NCBI GenBank assembly: GCA_963849325.1
Contig: CAWKHF010000002.1
Span: 1 to 64,000, forward strand
Length of the DNA stretch: 64,000 bases
Direction: 5' to 3'
Source: an uncultured Planctomycetota bacterium
Lineage (GTDB): Bacteria > Planctomycetota > Planctomycetia > Gemmatales > Gemmataceae
Shown: piece by piece, positions 10,295 through 19,778 of the stretch
Position numbering within the stretch: position 1 is the first letter of the stretch
How the letters are laid out: each line of letters starts with the position of its first letter
Notes under the pieces: generated by a model
What the model was told of the DNA's origin: nothing
The model's database searches: none
What the model saw: the letters and a program-made list of their open reading frames with translations, nothing else
Translations under genes and position numbers: made by a program

Positions 10295-10395
10295 CGCCAG
10301 CTGCCGGTGCGGAGTACATGGGTTACCAGGTTCGACTCCTGCCCAGCCCGCTCTTTCGGATCGGGCTGGAGGCTCTGCCCAACCCTTCGCTGGCG
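10295..10395 (+). ncRNA. Second Y-RNA-like unit (T arm + closed acceptor-like stem, no D arm)
   Basis: Terminal stem CGCCAGC/GCTGGCG; the same CTGCCGGnnnGGAGTACAT 5' motif and RCTCTG...CCYTCG 3' motif; CAGG-TTCGACT-CCTG; CCAGCCCG/CGGGCTGG. Confidence 0.78.
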
Positions 10396-10413
10396 ACTGG
10401 ATTTTTCTGCTTC

Positions 10414-10497
10414 TGATCCGACTGCCGGAGTGGAGTACATCGGCTCCAAATCGATTCGCCCGCAAGGGCGATACTCTGCCCATCCTTCGTCGGATCA
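10414..10497 (+). ncRNA. Third Y-RNA-like unit (two small hairpins, no tRNA mimicry)
   Basis: Terminal stem TGATCCGAC/GTCGGATCA; GGAGTA/TACTCT; the shared motifs; ATCG...CGAT hairpin; TCGCCC-GCAA-GGGCGA GNRA hairpin. Confidence 0.75.
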
Positions 10498-10518
10498 TTT
10501 TTTCTGGAGGACGCGCTC

Positions 10519-12138
10519 ATGGCCAACAAGAACGTCTTCGCCAGCGTCATGAGCCTGTTGCCGCGGGCCGACGTCCGTAACGAGGCCGGCGGTCTCGCTT
10601 ACCGGCTGACGCCGCGCCACGCCCTGGCCCAGCTCGCCGCCACCGGCTGCTTCAACGGCACGTATTACAGTGATGCCGAGCAGCAGCTGGCCGTACTGCT
10701 GGCGCTGGTCGAGCAGGTGGACGACAACGTCTACCTGGCGAAGCTGGCCATCTACAGCCGCCAGCGCGCCTTGATGAAGGACATGCCGGCCGCCCTGCTC
10801 GTGCTGCTGTCGAAGCGCGACCCGGAGTTGTTCCGCCGCGTCTTCGACCGTGTCGTCGATAACGGCCGAGTGCTGCGCACGCTGTTTCAGATGATCCGCT
10901 CCGGCCGGTTCGGCCGCAAGAGCCTGTCGTACGCCCTGCAGCGTGCCTTCCAGCGCTGGCTGAATGGCGCGAGCGTCGGCATGTTGCTGTCGGCGTCGAT
11001 CGGCAACGATCCGAGCCTGCGCGACGTGCTGCGCCTGGCCCGGCCGACGCCGAGCGACAACGCGCGCCGTGCCCTGTTCGGCTTCCTGACCGAAAAGTCG
11101 GTCGAGCAGTGGGCGCCGGCCACGTTGGCCGACCTGCCGCGCGAGGTCAGCGACCTCATCGCGTTTCGGCGGGCCGAGAGCGAGGCGGAGCAGGTCGCCA
11201 TCCTGGAGCGAGCGCGCTTCCGTTGGGACTTGCTGGCCGACTCGGCTCGCGGTCCGTCCGTGTGGAAGGCGATCGCGCGGCAGATGGGTCCGCAAGCGCT
11301 GCGCATGAACCTCAACACGCTGGTGCGCCACGAAGCCCTGGCGGGCGACCTGGAGATGGTCGCGTATGTCGCGCATCGCATCGCCGATGCGGACGAGGTG
11401 CGCCGTAGCCGGCAGTTTCCGTATCAGTACCTGGCCGCGTATCTCAACGCCGAGGCCAACGTGCCGCAGGCGATCCGCGCTGCGCTGGGCCAGGCGGCGG
11501 AGACGGCGTGCGGTAACGTGCCGGAGCTGCCCGAGGCGATCGTGATCGGCCTGGACGTGTCCGGCTCGATGGCTTCGGCGGTGACGGGTTTTCGTGGCCG
11601 TGGTGCCACCAGCCGGGTGCGCTGTGTGGACGTAGCCGCCCTGTTCGCCGCGGCGCTGCTGCGCCGCAATCCCGGCAGCGTGGTCATCCCGTTCGACACG
11701 GCCGCCTATCCGACCGAGGTCGGCGCGAACGAAACGGTCCTCGATTTGGCCGACCGGCTGGCTCACTTTGGCGGCGGCGGCACCAACTGCGCGCTGCCGC
11801 TGGCGGAGGCCAACCGGACGTACCGCGATCGCCGTTTCGCCGGCTGCGTCCTGGTCAGCGACATGGAGAGCTGGGTCGGCAACGGTCGGGCCGGTTCCAC
11901 GGGCGTCCTGACCGAATGGCAGGCGTTCGTCGCCAACCAGAAGCGGCTGCACGGCGACGAGGTTGGCCCGAAGCTGGTGTGCATCGACCTGCAGGCGTAC
12001 ACGACCAGCCAGACGCCGGAGCGCGCCGACGTCCTCAACATTGGCGGCTTTAGTGACGCTGTGTTCGACGTGGTGGCCTCGTTCCTGAGCGACCAGTCGG
12101 ATCGGTTCGTGACGGAGGTCGAGGCTGTTGAACTGTAA
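10519..12138 (+). CDS. rsr: Ro60/Rsr RNA-binding protein (TROVE domain + vWA)
   Basis: NEAGGLAY near the N terminus, [18 protein letters not shown], v[43 protein letters not shown] at 10506-10510. Confidence 0.93.
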   Translation: MANKNVFASVMSLLPRADVRNEAGGLAYRLTPRHALAQLAATGCFNGTYYSDAEQQLAVLLALVEQVDDNVYLAKLAIYSRQRALMKDMPAALLVLLSKRDPELFRRVFDRVVDNGRVLRTLFQMIRSGRFGRKSLSYALQRAFQRWLNGASVGMLLSASIGNDPSLRDVLRLARPTPSDNARRALFGFLTEKSVEQWAPATLADLPREVSDLIAFRRAESEAEQVAILERARFRWDLLADSARGPSVWKAIARQMGPQALRMNLNTLVRHEALAGDLEMVAYVAHRIADADEVRRSRQFPYQYLAAYLNAEANVPQAIRAALGQAAETACGNVPELPEAIVIGLDVSGSMASAVTGFRGRGATSRVRCVDVAALFAAALLRRNPGSVVIPFDTAAYPTEVGANETVLDLADRLAHFGGGGTNCALPLAEANRTYRDRRFAGCVLVSDMESWVGNGRAGSTGVLTEWQAFVANQKRLHGDEVGPKLVCIDLQAYTTSQTPERADVLNIGGFSDAVFDVVASFLSDQSDRFVTEVEAVEL

Positions 12139-12142
12139 AAAT

Positions 12143-12173
12143 GCCGGCCCACGGAATACAACCGTGGGCCGGC
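12143..12173. repeat. Palindromic hairpin between convergent genes (possible terminator or REP)
   Basis: GCCGGCCCACGG-aatacaa-CCGTGGGCCGGC. Confidence 0.75.
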
Positions 12174-12202
12174 TCGTTCTCCGCTTGAGAATGGATGGAG
12201 CT

Positions 12203-12517
12203 TCAGCTTCCGGACACCGGCCGGTTCGTCGGCGGCACGGACGGCGTGGCGTCGCCCAGCCCCGGTATACGCGGCAAACGCTTCTCGATCGCCTCCAGGC
12301 GGCGATTCGTCTCGGCGAGACGTTCGTTGCTTTCGAGGAGGTGCTGGTTCATCTCGACGATGCGACGATTGGCCTCGGCCGTCTGGCCGCTGATCTGAGC
12401 GAGGTACTGGTTCGTCGTCATCAGCTGCTCGTTGGTCGCGTCCAGCCGCTTGGTCACGGGCGACAGGCAACCGGCCGCGAAGAGCAGGAGTAGTCCGGAC
12501 AGCGCACCTGGCCGCAT
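12203..12517 (-). CDS. Small lipoprotein with a short coiled coil
   Basis: Lipobox-like LLLFAAGC; heptads with recurring TN/SN/AN. Confidence 0.65.
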   Translation of the reverse strand: MRPGALSGLLLLFAAGCLSPVTKRLDATNEQLMTTNQYLAQISGQTAEANRRIVEMNQHLLESNERLAETNRRLEAIEKRLPRIPGLGDATPSVPPTNRPVSGS

Positions 12518-12712
12518 GGCATCCCCCCAGCGAAGTTGTTCTCCCTCCTTGCATCGACCGTGTGTTCCGCGCCACTTGAGCGGAATACTCCAGCCGTAAC
12601 GTGGGTTTTTCCTCGCTATTCTGCTTTCACGCCTCGCGGCTCGTCGCTACAATCATCCTGCCTCGCTCGTCGGTGGTGCCGGCACGACGCCCGGTGGAAG
12701 AGGATCACGAGT

Positions 12713-15010
12713 ATGAGTACGTCCGTAGCCGGACCCGCAACGCAACGCACGTTCCTCGGCCATCCTCTCGGTCTGTACGTCCTGTTTTTCACCGAGATGT
12801 GGGAGCGCTTCAGTTACTACGGCATGCGCGCTCTGCTCATTTTGTACATGGTCGATTACTTCAAGTGGTCGCAGCGCGACGCCTCGACCGTTTACAAGTG
12901 GTACACCAGCCTTGTCTACCTGACGCCGCTGTTGGGCGGCTACCTTGCTGACCGCTACCTCGGCAACAAACGGGCCGTCATCATCGGCGCCGTCCTCATG
13001 GCCGTCGGCCAGTTTCTTCTGACTTTCGAGCACCTGCCGTTTTTCTACGCCGCGCTGGTGTTCCTGATTTTCGGCAACGGCTTCTTCAAGCCGAACATGT
13101 CCACACAGGTCGGCCGGCTTTATCCCCAGAACGATCCTCGCCGCGACGGGGCGTACACGATCTTTTACATGGGCATCAACCTGGGCGCGTTCCTGTCGCC
13201 GCTGGTCTGCGGCTGGCTGGCCGCGAACACTCTCGGCGGCCGGCACACCGGCTTCATGGCGGCCGGCATCGGCATGTTGCTGGGCCTGGTCGTTTATCTC
13301 GTGGGCCTGCGCTGGGTGATCGAACTGCGACCGGGGACGATCTCAACGACGGAAGCCGGCGACGATCAATCCACTCCTCTCACCGCTCGCGCCTTGTCCG
13401 GCGCCATTTCCGAGGAGAGGGCCGAGCACACCCCCTCCACCGTCCCCACCCTCAACCACCTCGCGCCGGGCCTGTTCCGCCTGATCGGCTATGTCCTGCT
13501 TTTCGGCAGCGTCGCGCTGGGCGCGGTTCGTGGAATCATTGCGCTGTGTGCGGCGCAACAGTGGGCCGTTCCGAGCTTCCTCAACACGCTGGCCCTGGGC
13601 GGACACGTCGCCAACAACACGCTGATCTCGCTGGGCATCGTGGCGATTTGCGCCCTGATCGCCGCGTGGATCCTCGGACAATCGCGGCAAGCCATGCGTG
13701 ACCGCGTCCTGACCATCTACGTCCTCGGCGTTTTCGTGGTGTTCTTCTGGGCCGCGTTCGAGCAAGCCGGCAACGCCCTCAACGTCTGGGCGGACAAGGC
13801 CACCGACCGTTACCTGACCACCCCGGCCCCGCCTCCGCCGCTGCACCCCGAAAAACCGACAGCGACGAAACCGCAGATGGGGCAGGAAGGGCAAGAATCG
13901 ACCGCTACCGCGGACACCGATCTGTCCCGCTGGATCACCATGTGGCGACTCAAACCGGCGAAGGCCAACGTCTCCGGGAAAAAAGTCAAACCCGGTCTGA
14001 GGCAATGGTTCGCGGCCCTGTGGAACCCGGTCGCTACCGAGTGGTTCCAGTCGATCAACGCCCTGGCCATCTTCCTGCTGGCCCCGCTGTTCGCCTGGAT
14101 GTGGACGGCCCTGGACCGCCGCGGCCTCAACCCGTCCGTTCCGGCCAAGATGGCCATCGGCGTCCTGCTCATGAGTTCGTCGTTCGGCCTGATGATCTTC
14201 GCCGCGCAGCGCGAGGACCAGCCGACCAGCGTTCCCTTCACCGGGACACTGCCGCCGCAGATCCAGATCGACCCCGACGGCCGGCTCTGTGCCGAGGAGG
14301 ACCACGAACTGAAGCATTACCAGGCCGGCCGGATGACTTACGACAAGGACGGCGGCACGCTGCACATGCGCGGCGTGCTGTCCAACACGGAGCGCGATCG
14401 CATCGTCCGCGATACGGCCCCGGAATCCTTCGTCAAAACCATCGAGGAGTTGCAGAGGCAATCGCAGGCCGCCGCCGGCGATCATTTCACCGTCTCGGTC
14501 CACCTCGATCCGGTGCCGCCCGGCTTCGACATGCGCTATGCCGGACTCGACGAAAGCCGGGTCCGTTACGACGACAAGACGCATACGCTGCGCGTCACCG
14601 ACTTCCGTCTCGCCGACAAAGACGTCAAGGCGCTGCTGGTCGCCGCCGGCGAGCCGCGCTTCCGCGGCGCGATCGACGCCCTGTATCAGGAATCGGCTCG
14701 CTACCGCGTCAGCGCCTGGTGGCTGTTCTGGTTTTACATTCTGGCCACGCTGGGCGAATTGTGCCTGTCGCCGGTCGGTCTGTCGATGGTGTCGAAGCTG
14801 GCCCCGGCCAAGTTCGCCACCATGCTCATGGGTCTGTGGCTGCTGACAAGTTTCTTCGGCAACTTCGCGGCCGGCGCCTTCGGCGAGCGCTGGGGCGAGT
14901 GGACGCCGACCGAGTATTTCCTGTATCTCATGGTTCTGCTGGGTGGGGCGGCGCTCGTGCTGTTCCTACTCGTCCGTAAGATCGGCGCCATGATGCACGG
15001 CGTCAAGTAG
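12713..15010 (+). CDS. POT/PTR-family peptide:H+ symporter (MFS) with large insertions
   Basis: ExxER motif TEMWERFSYYGM, GGYLADRYLG, GNGFFKPN, FYMGINLG, FQSIN, GELCLSPVGLS; 765 aa. Confidence 0.95.
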   Translation: MSTSVAGPATQRTFLGHPLGLYVLFFTEMWERFSYYGMRALLILYMVDYFKWSQRDASTVYKWYTSLVYLTPLLGGYLADRYLGNKRAVIIGAVLMAVGQFLLTFEHLPFFYAALVFLIFGNGFFKPNMSTQVGRLYPQNDPRRDGAYTIFYMGINLGAFLSPLVCGWLAANTLGGRHTGFMAAGIGMLLGLVVYLVGLRWVIELRPGTISTTEAGDDQSTPLTARALSGAISEERAEHTPSTVPTLNHLAPGLFRLIGYVLLFGSVALGAVRGIIALCAAQQWAVPSFLNTLALGGHVANNTLISLGIVAICALIAAWILGQSRQAMRDRVLTIYVLGVFVVFFWAAFEQAGNALNVWADKATDRYLTTPAPPPPLHPEKPTATKPQMGQEGQESTATADTDLSRWITMWRLKPAKANVSGKKVKPGLRQWFAALWNPVATEWFQSINALAIFLLAPLFAWMWTALDRRGLNPSVPAKMAIGVLLMSSSFGLMIFAAQREDQPTSVPFTGTLPPQIQIDPDGRLCAEEDHELKHYQAGRMTYDKDGGTLHMRGVLSNTERDRIVRDTAPESFVKTIEELQRQSQAAAGDHFTVSVHLDPVPPGFDMRYAGLDESRVRYDDKTHTLRVTDFRLADKDVKALLVAAGEPRFRGAIDALYQESARYRVSAWWLFWFYILATLGELCLSPVGLSMVSKLAPAKFATMLMGLWLLTSFFGNFAAGAFGERWGEWTPTEYFLYLMVLLGGAALVLFLLVRKIGAMMHGVK

Positions 15011-15037
15011 TATTGGGGGTTGGTCCGGGGATGCGCC

Positions 15038-15760
15038 ATGCAATCGGTGACGATGACCAACCTGGTCGGCGCCGTCCTCACGTTCGCGGCGGGGTTGTGC
15101 GCGACTTTACTGGGCCTGCGCCGGCTCGGCAAAAGGCCGGGCGTCGATGTCCGCTACGATGCGTGGTTCGCGCGGGTACGGCCGTGGTTACTCACCGCTG
15201 GGCCTCTGCTGATGGTCCTCGCCCTCGTGCTACCGGGCATGGACCTGTCGCCGCCAGCGCCGCCGGAGCCGAAGTGGCAGCAGGTGACGACCGCCGACGG
15301 TGCGTGCCGGGTCGAGATGCCGGGCAGTCCCTCCTCGCAGGGCAGCACCCTGGTCCTGGAGGGACTCGGCGAGCCGGAGACCACGCAGTTGAAGCTCATC
15401 CAGGAAAATGGACACGTCTGGTATACCTTGAGCTATTCCGGCACAGGGAACGCCACGCCCGGCCTGTCGGCCGAGAAGTTGCTGGGCCGCATCGAGGAGA
15501 ACACTCTGGCGTTGGCCAAACGCATGGGACAAGCCCAACTGGTGAGCGAACACGACCTATCCGAGCACGGCTATCCGGGCAAGGAGCTGGTCCTCGACAT
15601 CGATCAGTTTCGCATGCAGAGCAAATGGTTCCTGGTGGACAAACGGCTGTACCGGGCCATCGTCATGACGCCGCGCGACGAGAAGCACCTGCACGACGCC
15701 GAGCGGTTTCTGGAATCGTTCGAGGTGTTGAAAAAACCGGAAACCGACGAGGGATCGTGA
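15038..15760 (+). CDS. Hypothetical membrane-anchored protein
   Basis: Two N-terminal hydrophobic segments, then a soluble domain ending RFLESFEV; closely spaced with both neighbours. Confidence 0.7.
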   Translation: MQSVTMTNLVGAVLTFAAGLCATLLGLRRLGKRPGVDVRYDAWFARVRPWLLTAGPLLMVLALVLPGMDLSPPAPPEPKWQQVTTADGACRVEMPGSPSSQGSTLVLEGLGEPETTQLKLIQENGHVWYTLSYSGTGNATPGLSAEKLLGRIEENTLALAKRMGQAQLVSEHDLSEHGYPGKELVLDIDQFRMQSKWFLVDKRLYRAIVMTPRDEKHLHDAERFLESFEVLKKPETDEGS

Positions 15761-15762
15761 AC

Positions 15763-16959
15763 ATGCAGCGCTTCAAGACGTGGACGCTGACCGATGTGTA
15801 CGGCGACGTGTGGCTGGACAGTTTCGCCGCCGGCAGCGACACGCTGCACCTGCCGACGCCGCACGATTGGTCGCTGCGCAAGCGTACCCTGCGCGGCGGT
15901 CTGCGCGACGGGCTGGATCTGATTGAGGTCCACAACGGCGCTCTGTCGTTCTCGATCCTGCCGACGCGCGGCATGGGTCTGTGGCGCGGCGACTACCGCG
16001 GCAACTCTCTCGGTTGGCGTGCCCCCGTCGTCGGGCCGGTCCACCCCAAGTACGTCCAGCTTCCCGACCGTGGCGGCCTCGGCTGGCTGACCGGCTTCGA
16101 CGAATGGCTGTGCCGCTGCGGTCTGTTCTCCAACGGTCCGCCTGGCGAGGACGTTTGGACCGACGCCGCCGGCCGGACGCAACGCGCTCCGCTGACGCTG
16201 CACGGCCGCATCGCCAACCTGCCCGCTCAGGCCGTCGAGGTCCGCGTCAACCTCGATCCGCCTTTCGAGCTGAGCGTCAGCGGCGAAGTCGAGGAGTCCG
16301 CCCTGTTCTGCTCGCAGCTGCGTCTGAACACGACGTACACGACGGTTCCCGGCTCGAACCGCCTGGTGATTCACGACATCGTGACCAACCGCGCCGTGCG
16401 TCCGGCTGAGATGCAGCTGCTCTATCACTGCAACCTCGGCCCGCCCTTCCTGGAGGCCGGCAGCCGCATCCTCGCTCCCATCCGCGAGATGGCCCCGCAG
16501 ACGCCGCGTGCCGCCGAGGGCATCGACACCCTCGACACCTACGCCGGGCCGGCGGTTGGCTTCGCCGAGCAGGTGTATTTCTACGATCTGCTCGCCGACT
16601 CGCGCGGACAGACCCTCGCCCTGCTCGTCAACCCCGCCGCCGACCGGGCCGTCGCTCTGCGCTTCAATCGCCACGAATTGCCCTGTTTTACCGTGTGGAA
16701 GAACACCGGGGCGGTCGAGGAAGGCTACGTCACCGGCCTGGAGCCGGCGACAAATTATCCCAACTTCAAGAGCTTCGAGCGGCAGCAGGGGCGCGTACCC
16801 GTGCTGCCGCCCGGAGGACGCTGGGAGTGCCGCTGGGTGCTGGAGATTGCCGACAGCGCCATCGCCGTCGCCGCCCTGATGGCCGAAGTCGCCACCTTGC
16901 AGGCGCACGGCCGCGCCATCATCCATCGCACACCGCACGCGCGTTTTTCACCAACATGA
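15763..16959 (+). CDS. Aldose 1-epimerase-like protein (DUF4432 family)
   Basis: ILPTRGMGLW, LTLHGRIANLPA, LLYHCNLG, YVTGLEPATNYP. Confidence 0.85.
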   Translation: MQRFKTWTLTDVYGDVWLDSFAAGSDTLHLPTPHDWSLRKRTLRGGLRDGLDLIEVHNGALSFSILPTRGMGLWRGDYRGNSLGWRAPVVGPVHPKYVQLPDRGGLGWLTGFDEWLCRCGLFSNGPPGEDVWTDAAGRTQRAPLTLHGRIANLPAQAVEVRVNLDPPFELSVSGEVEESALFCSQLRLNTTYTTVPGSNRLVIHDIVTNRAVRPAEMQLLYHCNLGPPFLEAGSRILAPIREMAPQTPRAAEGIDTLDTYAGPAVGFAEQVYFYDLLADSRGQTLALLVNPAADRAVALRFNRHELPCFTVWKNTGAVEEGYVTGLEPATNYPNFKSFERQQGRVPVLPPGGRWECRWVLEIADSAIAVAALMAEVATLQAHGRAIIHRTPHARFSPT

Positions 16960-16968
16960 GGTTTTACC

Positions 16969-18142
16969 ATGCGCCGCTTGTTCCCTGCTCTGCTCGTGCT
17001 CGCGCTGGCCATTCCCTGCCAGGCGTCCGACGACGTCAAACCTAACACACTGACTCCGAAGGAGATCGCTGAAGGATGGATTCTGCAATTTGATGGTGAA
17101 ACTTCCTTCGGCTGGGTCTCTGGCAAGTCCCTGAAGGTCGAAAAGGGTTCGCTCGTGTTCGGAGAAAAAGGATTCCCTTCGCCGTCAACAAGCTTCCGAG
17201 CCTTAGAAACGTCCTTTGATTATCGCCCCATGAAACACGGTAATGAGGAATTAGTCCGTAAGATGCTCTGGTTCGAATGTGGAATCATGTCGAAACCGGA
17301 GCCGGACCTTCCCGTCCCGGATGGAGAAGAGTGGTACACGTTCCATCTCGTGTGGCAGGATAACCAGGGTGATGCCTCGATCCGATCCAAAGAGAAGGAA
17401 TTGAAAAAGTGGAAGGTTCAATTCGCTTCCAGCTCCAAGGACATTCCGAAATGGAACATTCCCGAAGGTGCGCAAATGGCCATCCGCAATGTCAAACTGA
17501 AGCCGTTAAAGATGAAGCGGATTTTCAACGGCAAGGATCTGTCCGGTTGGAAAAAGTTTGAGAGCGATCCCAAAAGGGCAAAATCGAACTTCTCCGTTAC
17601 CAAGGAAGGCTGGCTGAGCATCCAGAACGGGCCGGGCGATCTGCAAACGACCGGCGAATGGGCCGATTTCGTGTTGCAGCTGGAGTGCCGCACCAACGGC
17701 GACCATCTCAACAGCGGCGTCTTCTTCCGCTGTCTTCCCGGCCAGTACCAACAAGGCTACGAAGCCCAGATCCAGAACCAGGCCGCCAAGCAAGCGAAGA
17801 CCTACACCATCGAGGAGTACGATTCTCAGACGCACAAGTTGAAGGACAAGAAGAAGATCGAGAACTGGTCGCAGGATTACGGCACCGGGGCGATCTATCG
17901 GCGCGTCCCGGCGCGGCGGGCGGCGGCGAAGGACCGCGAATGGTTCACGATGACCGTCGTGGCCCACGGCCGGCACATGGCCACCTGGGTCAATGGAATT
18001 CCGGTGGTGGACTGGACCGACAATCGCGCGTGAGAACGACAACGCGCGCAACGGCTGCCGGCTGGGTAAGGGACCGATCAGTCTGCAAGGGCACGATCCG
18101 ACCACCGACCTCCGCTTTCGCAACATCCGCATCGCGGATTAG
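16969..18142 (+). CDS. Exported tandem DUF1080 (3-keto-disaccharide hydrolase-like) protein; indel near 18030
   Basis: Signal peptide; EGWILQFDGETSFGW; IFNGKDLSGW; NSGVFFR; YEAQI; the shifted frame ends GPISLQGHDPTTDLRFRNIRIAD*. Confidence 0.85.
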
Positions 18143-18174
18143 ACCGCGAAGGAGTGACCTTGCGTCACAAATCC

Positions 18175-18232
18175 TCGGAGCCCGCAGCGTAAGCGAGGGA
18201 ATGAATGCCCTCGCTTACGCTGCGGGCTCCGA
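18175..18232. repeat. REP-like perfect 25-bp inverted repeat (AGCC family)
   Basis: TCGGAGCCCGCAGCGTAAGCGAGGG / CCCTCGCTTACGCTGCGGGCTCCGA. Confidence 0.9.
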
Positions 18233-18234
18233 CC

Positions 18235-18948
18235 TCAGCGCGGCTTGGGACGGTGCGAGCGCGAGACCGTCATCCCCTCAACGCCGTTCTCTTGAGCATA
18301 GGCGCACTCGCCGGCCAGGGGACAGGCCGAGCATTGCGGCTGCTCCTCCCAGCAGTATTCCCCCGCCATCATGCTCAGCATGTCCGTGAACTGCGGGCCT
18401 TTCGCCTTGGGAATGAGATGTTCGAGACTGGCGCGAGCCTCCGCCTCGCCCTGTTCGCCGTCGATCAGGCCCAGGCGACTGGCGCAACGCAGTGTCGGTG
18501 CGTCCAGCGGAATGGCATGTCCGCCCAGCGAACGCTGCACCACCCATGACACGACGTAATCGTCGGCCGCTTGGTAGCGCGCCAGCTTCTTCGATGCTTG
18601 CTTGAGTCCTTCTTTTTGCAGCTTGTCTAGCTCGAACGAAAAGTGGATCTCGAACACTTCTTGAAGGAACGACACTAACCGCTGCGCTCGCATTTCCGGC
18701 TCACTCATGCCGGCGAACGCCTCCTCCAGCTCGCGGACGGAGCTGACGCGGACCTCGTTCCAGTCGAAGAAGCGCTCGCACAGCACGCGGTAGGCTTCGT
18801 CGGCCTGCTCGCGCGTGGCGTTCTCGCGGCACAGGCCGTAGATGAACTGCTGCAAAACGGGACGCGCTTCCTCATCCGGATCGACCAGCTTTTTGGCGGT
18901 CGTGAAGAGGTGCGTGAGCAAACGCTGTTTATTGATGGTGGTCGCCAT
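18235..18948 (-). CDS. Endonuclease III-like (HhH-GPD) protein with a 4Fe-4S motif and a degenerate HhH
   Basis: FDWNEVRVS, HAIPLD, C-X6-C-X2-C-X5-C (CWEEQPQCSACPLAGEC). Confidence 0.75.
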   Translation of the reverse strand: MATTINKQRLLTHLFTTAKKLVDPDEEARPVLQQFIYGLCRENATREQADEAYRVLCERFFDWNEVRVSSVRELEEAFAGMSEPEMRAQRLVSFLQEVFEIHFSFELDKLQKEGLKQASKKLARYQAADDYVVSWVVQRSLGGHAIPLDAPTLRCASRLGLIDGEQGEAEARASLEHLIPKAKGPQFTDMLSMMAGEYCWEEQPQCSACPLAGECAYAQENGVEGMTVSRSHRPKPR

Positions 18949-19029
18949 GGGGAAGTCGATCACTCCTTGAAAAGAATGGCGAGAACGAAGGACGAAGCAC
19001 AAATTACCTTGTCCTTTGGGCCTCGGCCT

Positions 19030-19464
19030 TCACGGGATGTCGGCGTCGTCTTCCGCCGTTCCTTCGGAGGGAGCGTCCGCCGGCGGGGTTTGAGCGTCCG
19101 GCCCCGCCGCCGGCGGGGCCGACTCGGCGAGGGCTTCATTAATCAGGCGCGTCATTTCGATGCTGTGCTTGACGCCCTGGTCGAGCACAAAGTGCAGGAC
19201 CGGGGTGAAGCGCGTTTGCAGTCGGCGGGCGAGCTTCGACTGAATGAACCCGGCGGCATGACGCAGACCGCGCAGGGTCAACTGCTGCTCCTTGTCCGTG
19301 CCCATGATGGACACGTAAACCTTGGCGTGCTGCAAGTCGCCGGAAACCTCGGCCCGCGTCACCGTCACCATCTTGACGCGCGGGTCGCGCATCTCGTACA
19401 GGATGGTCTCGCTGGCCACCTCGCGGACGGCCTCGGCGACGCGCGCCAGGCGATACGTTTTCAT
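19030..19464 (-). CDS. rbfA: Ribosome-binding factor A
   Basis: DPRVKMVTVTRAEVSGDLQHAKVYVS, RFTPVLHFVLD; lies downstream of infB. Confidence 0.95.
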   Translation of the reverse strand: MKTYRLARVAEAVREVASETILYEMRDPRVKMVTVTRAEVSGDLQHAKVYVSIMGTDKEQQLTLRGLRHAAGFIQSKLARRLQTRFTPVLHFVLDQGVKHSIEMTRLINEALAESAPPAAGPDAQTPPADAPSEGTAEDDADIP

Positions 19465-19739
19465 GTCTCGATCTCGTGGTCGAGCAGCTCCGCCACGGGA
19501 TGCCCCCGCAAAGCGGCGATGATCTGCTCGAACGTCGCGCGTACGTGTTTCGCCTCATTGCTGACCATCGCCAGACCAAGCACGACAAGCTGGCGATGGT
19601 CCTGTGCTTCCACCTCGGCCACCGATACGTTGAAGCGCTGACGCAGACGGTCCTTGATACTCAGGACCACCTGCCGCTTGTCCTTCAGACTGCGCGATTC
19701 GCGCAACAGCAGCCGCACCCGCAGGGAACCGACAATCAT
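19461..19739 (-). CDS. DUF503 (YlxP-like) protein
   Basis: SLKDKRQVV...RFNVSVAEV; usual position between infB and rbfA. Confidence 0.9.
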   Translation of the reverse strand: MIVGSLRVRLLLRESRSLKDKRQVVLSIKDRLRQRFNVSVAEVEAQDHRQLVVLGLAMVSNEAKHVRATFEQIIAALRGHPVAELLDHEIET

Positions 19740-19778
19740 AATCGTCCGTTTCGCCGCGCTCCGGAAGGCGGCGGGATC

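Noticed and set aside
10184-10345. Additional conventional tRNA genes suggested by the GGTTCGA T-loops
   Set aside because: The arms are in permuted order, there is no anticodon loop, and the acceptor stem is closed by a loop.
10143-10497. CRISPR-like reading of the three recurring CTGCCGG...GGAGTACAT motifs
   Set aside because: Spacing is irregular (about 150 and 120 nt), the interiors are structured RNA modules, each unit has a matching 3' motif, and there are no cas genes. A Y-RNA interpretation fits better.
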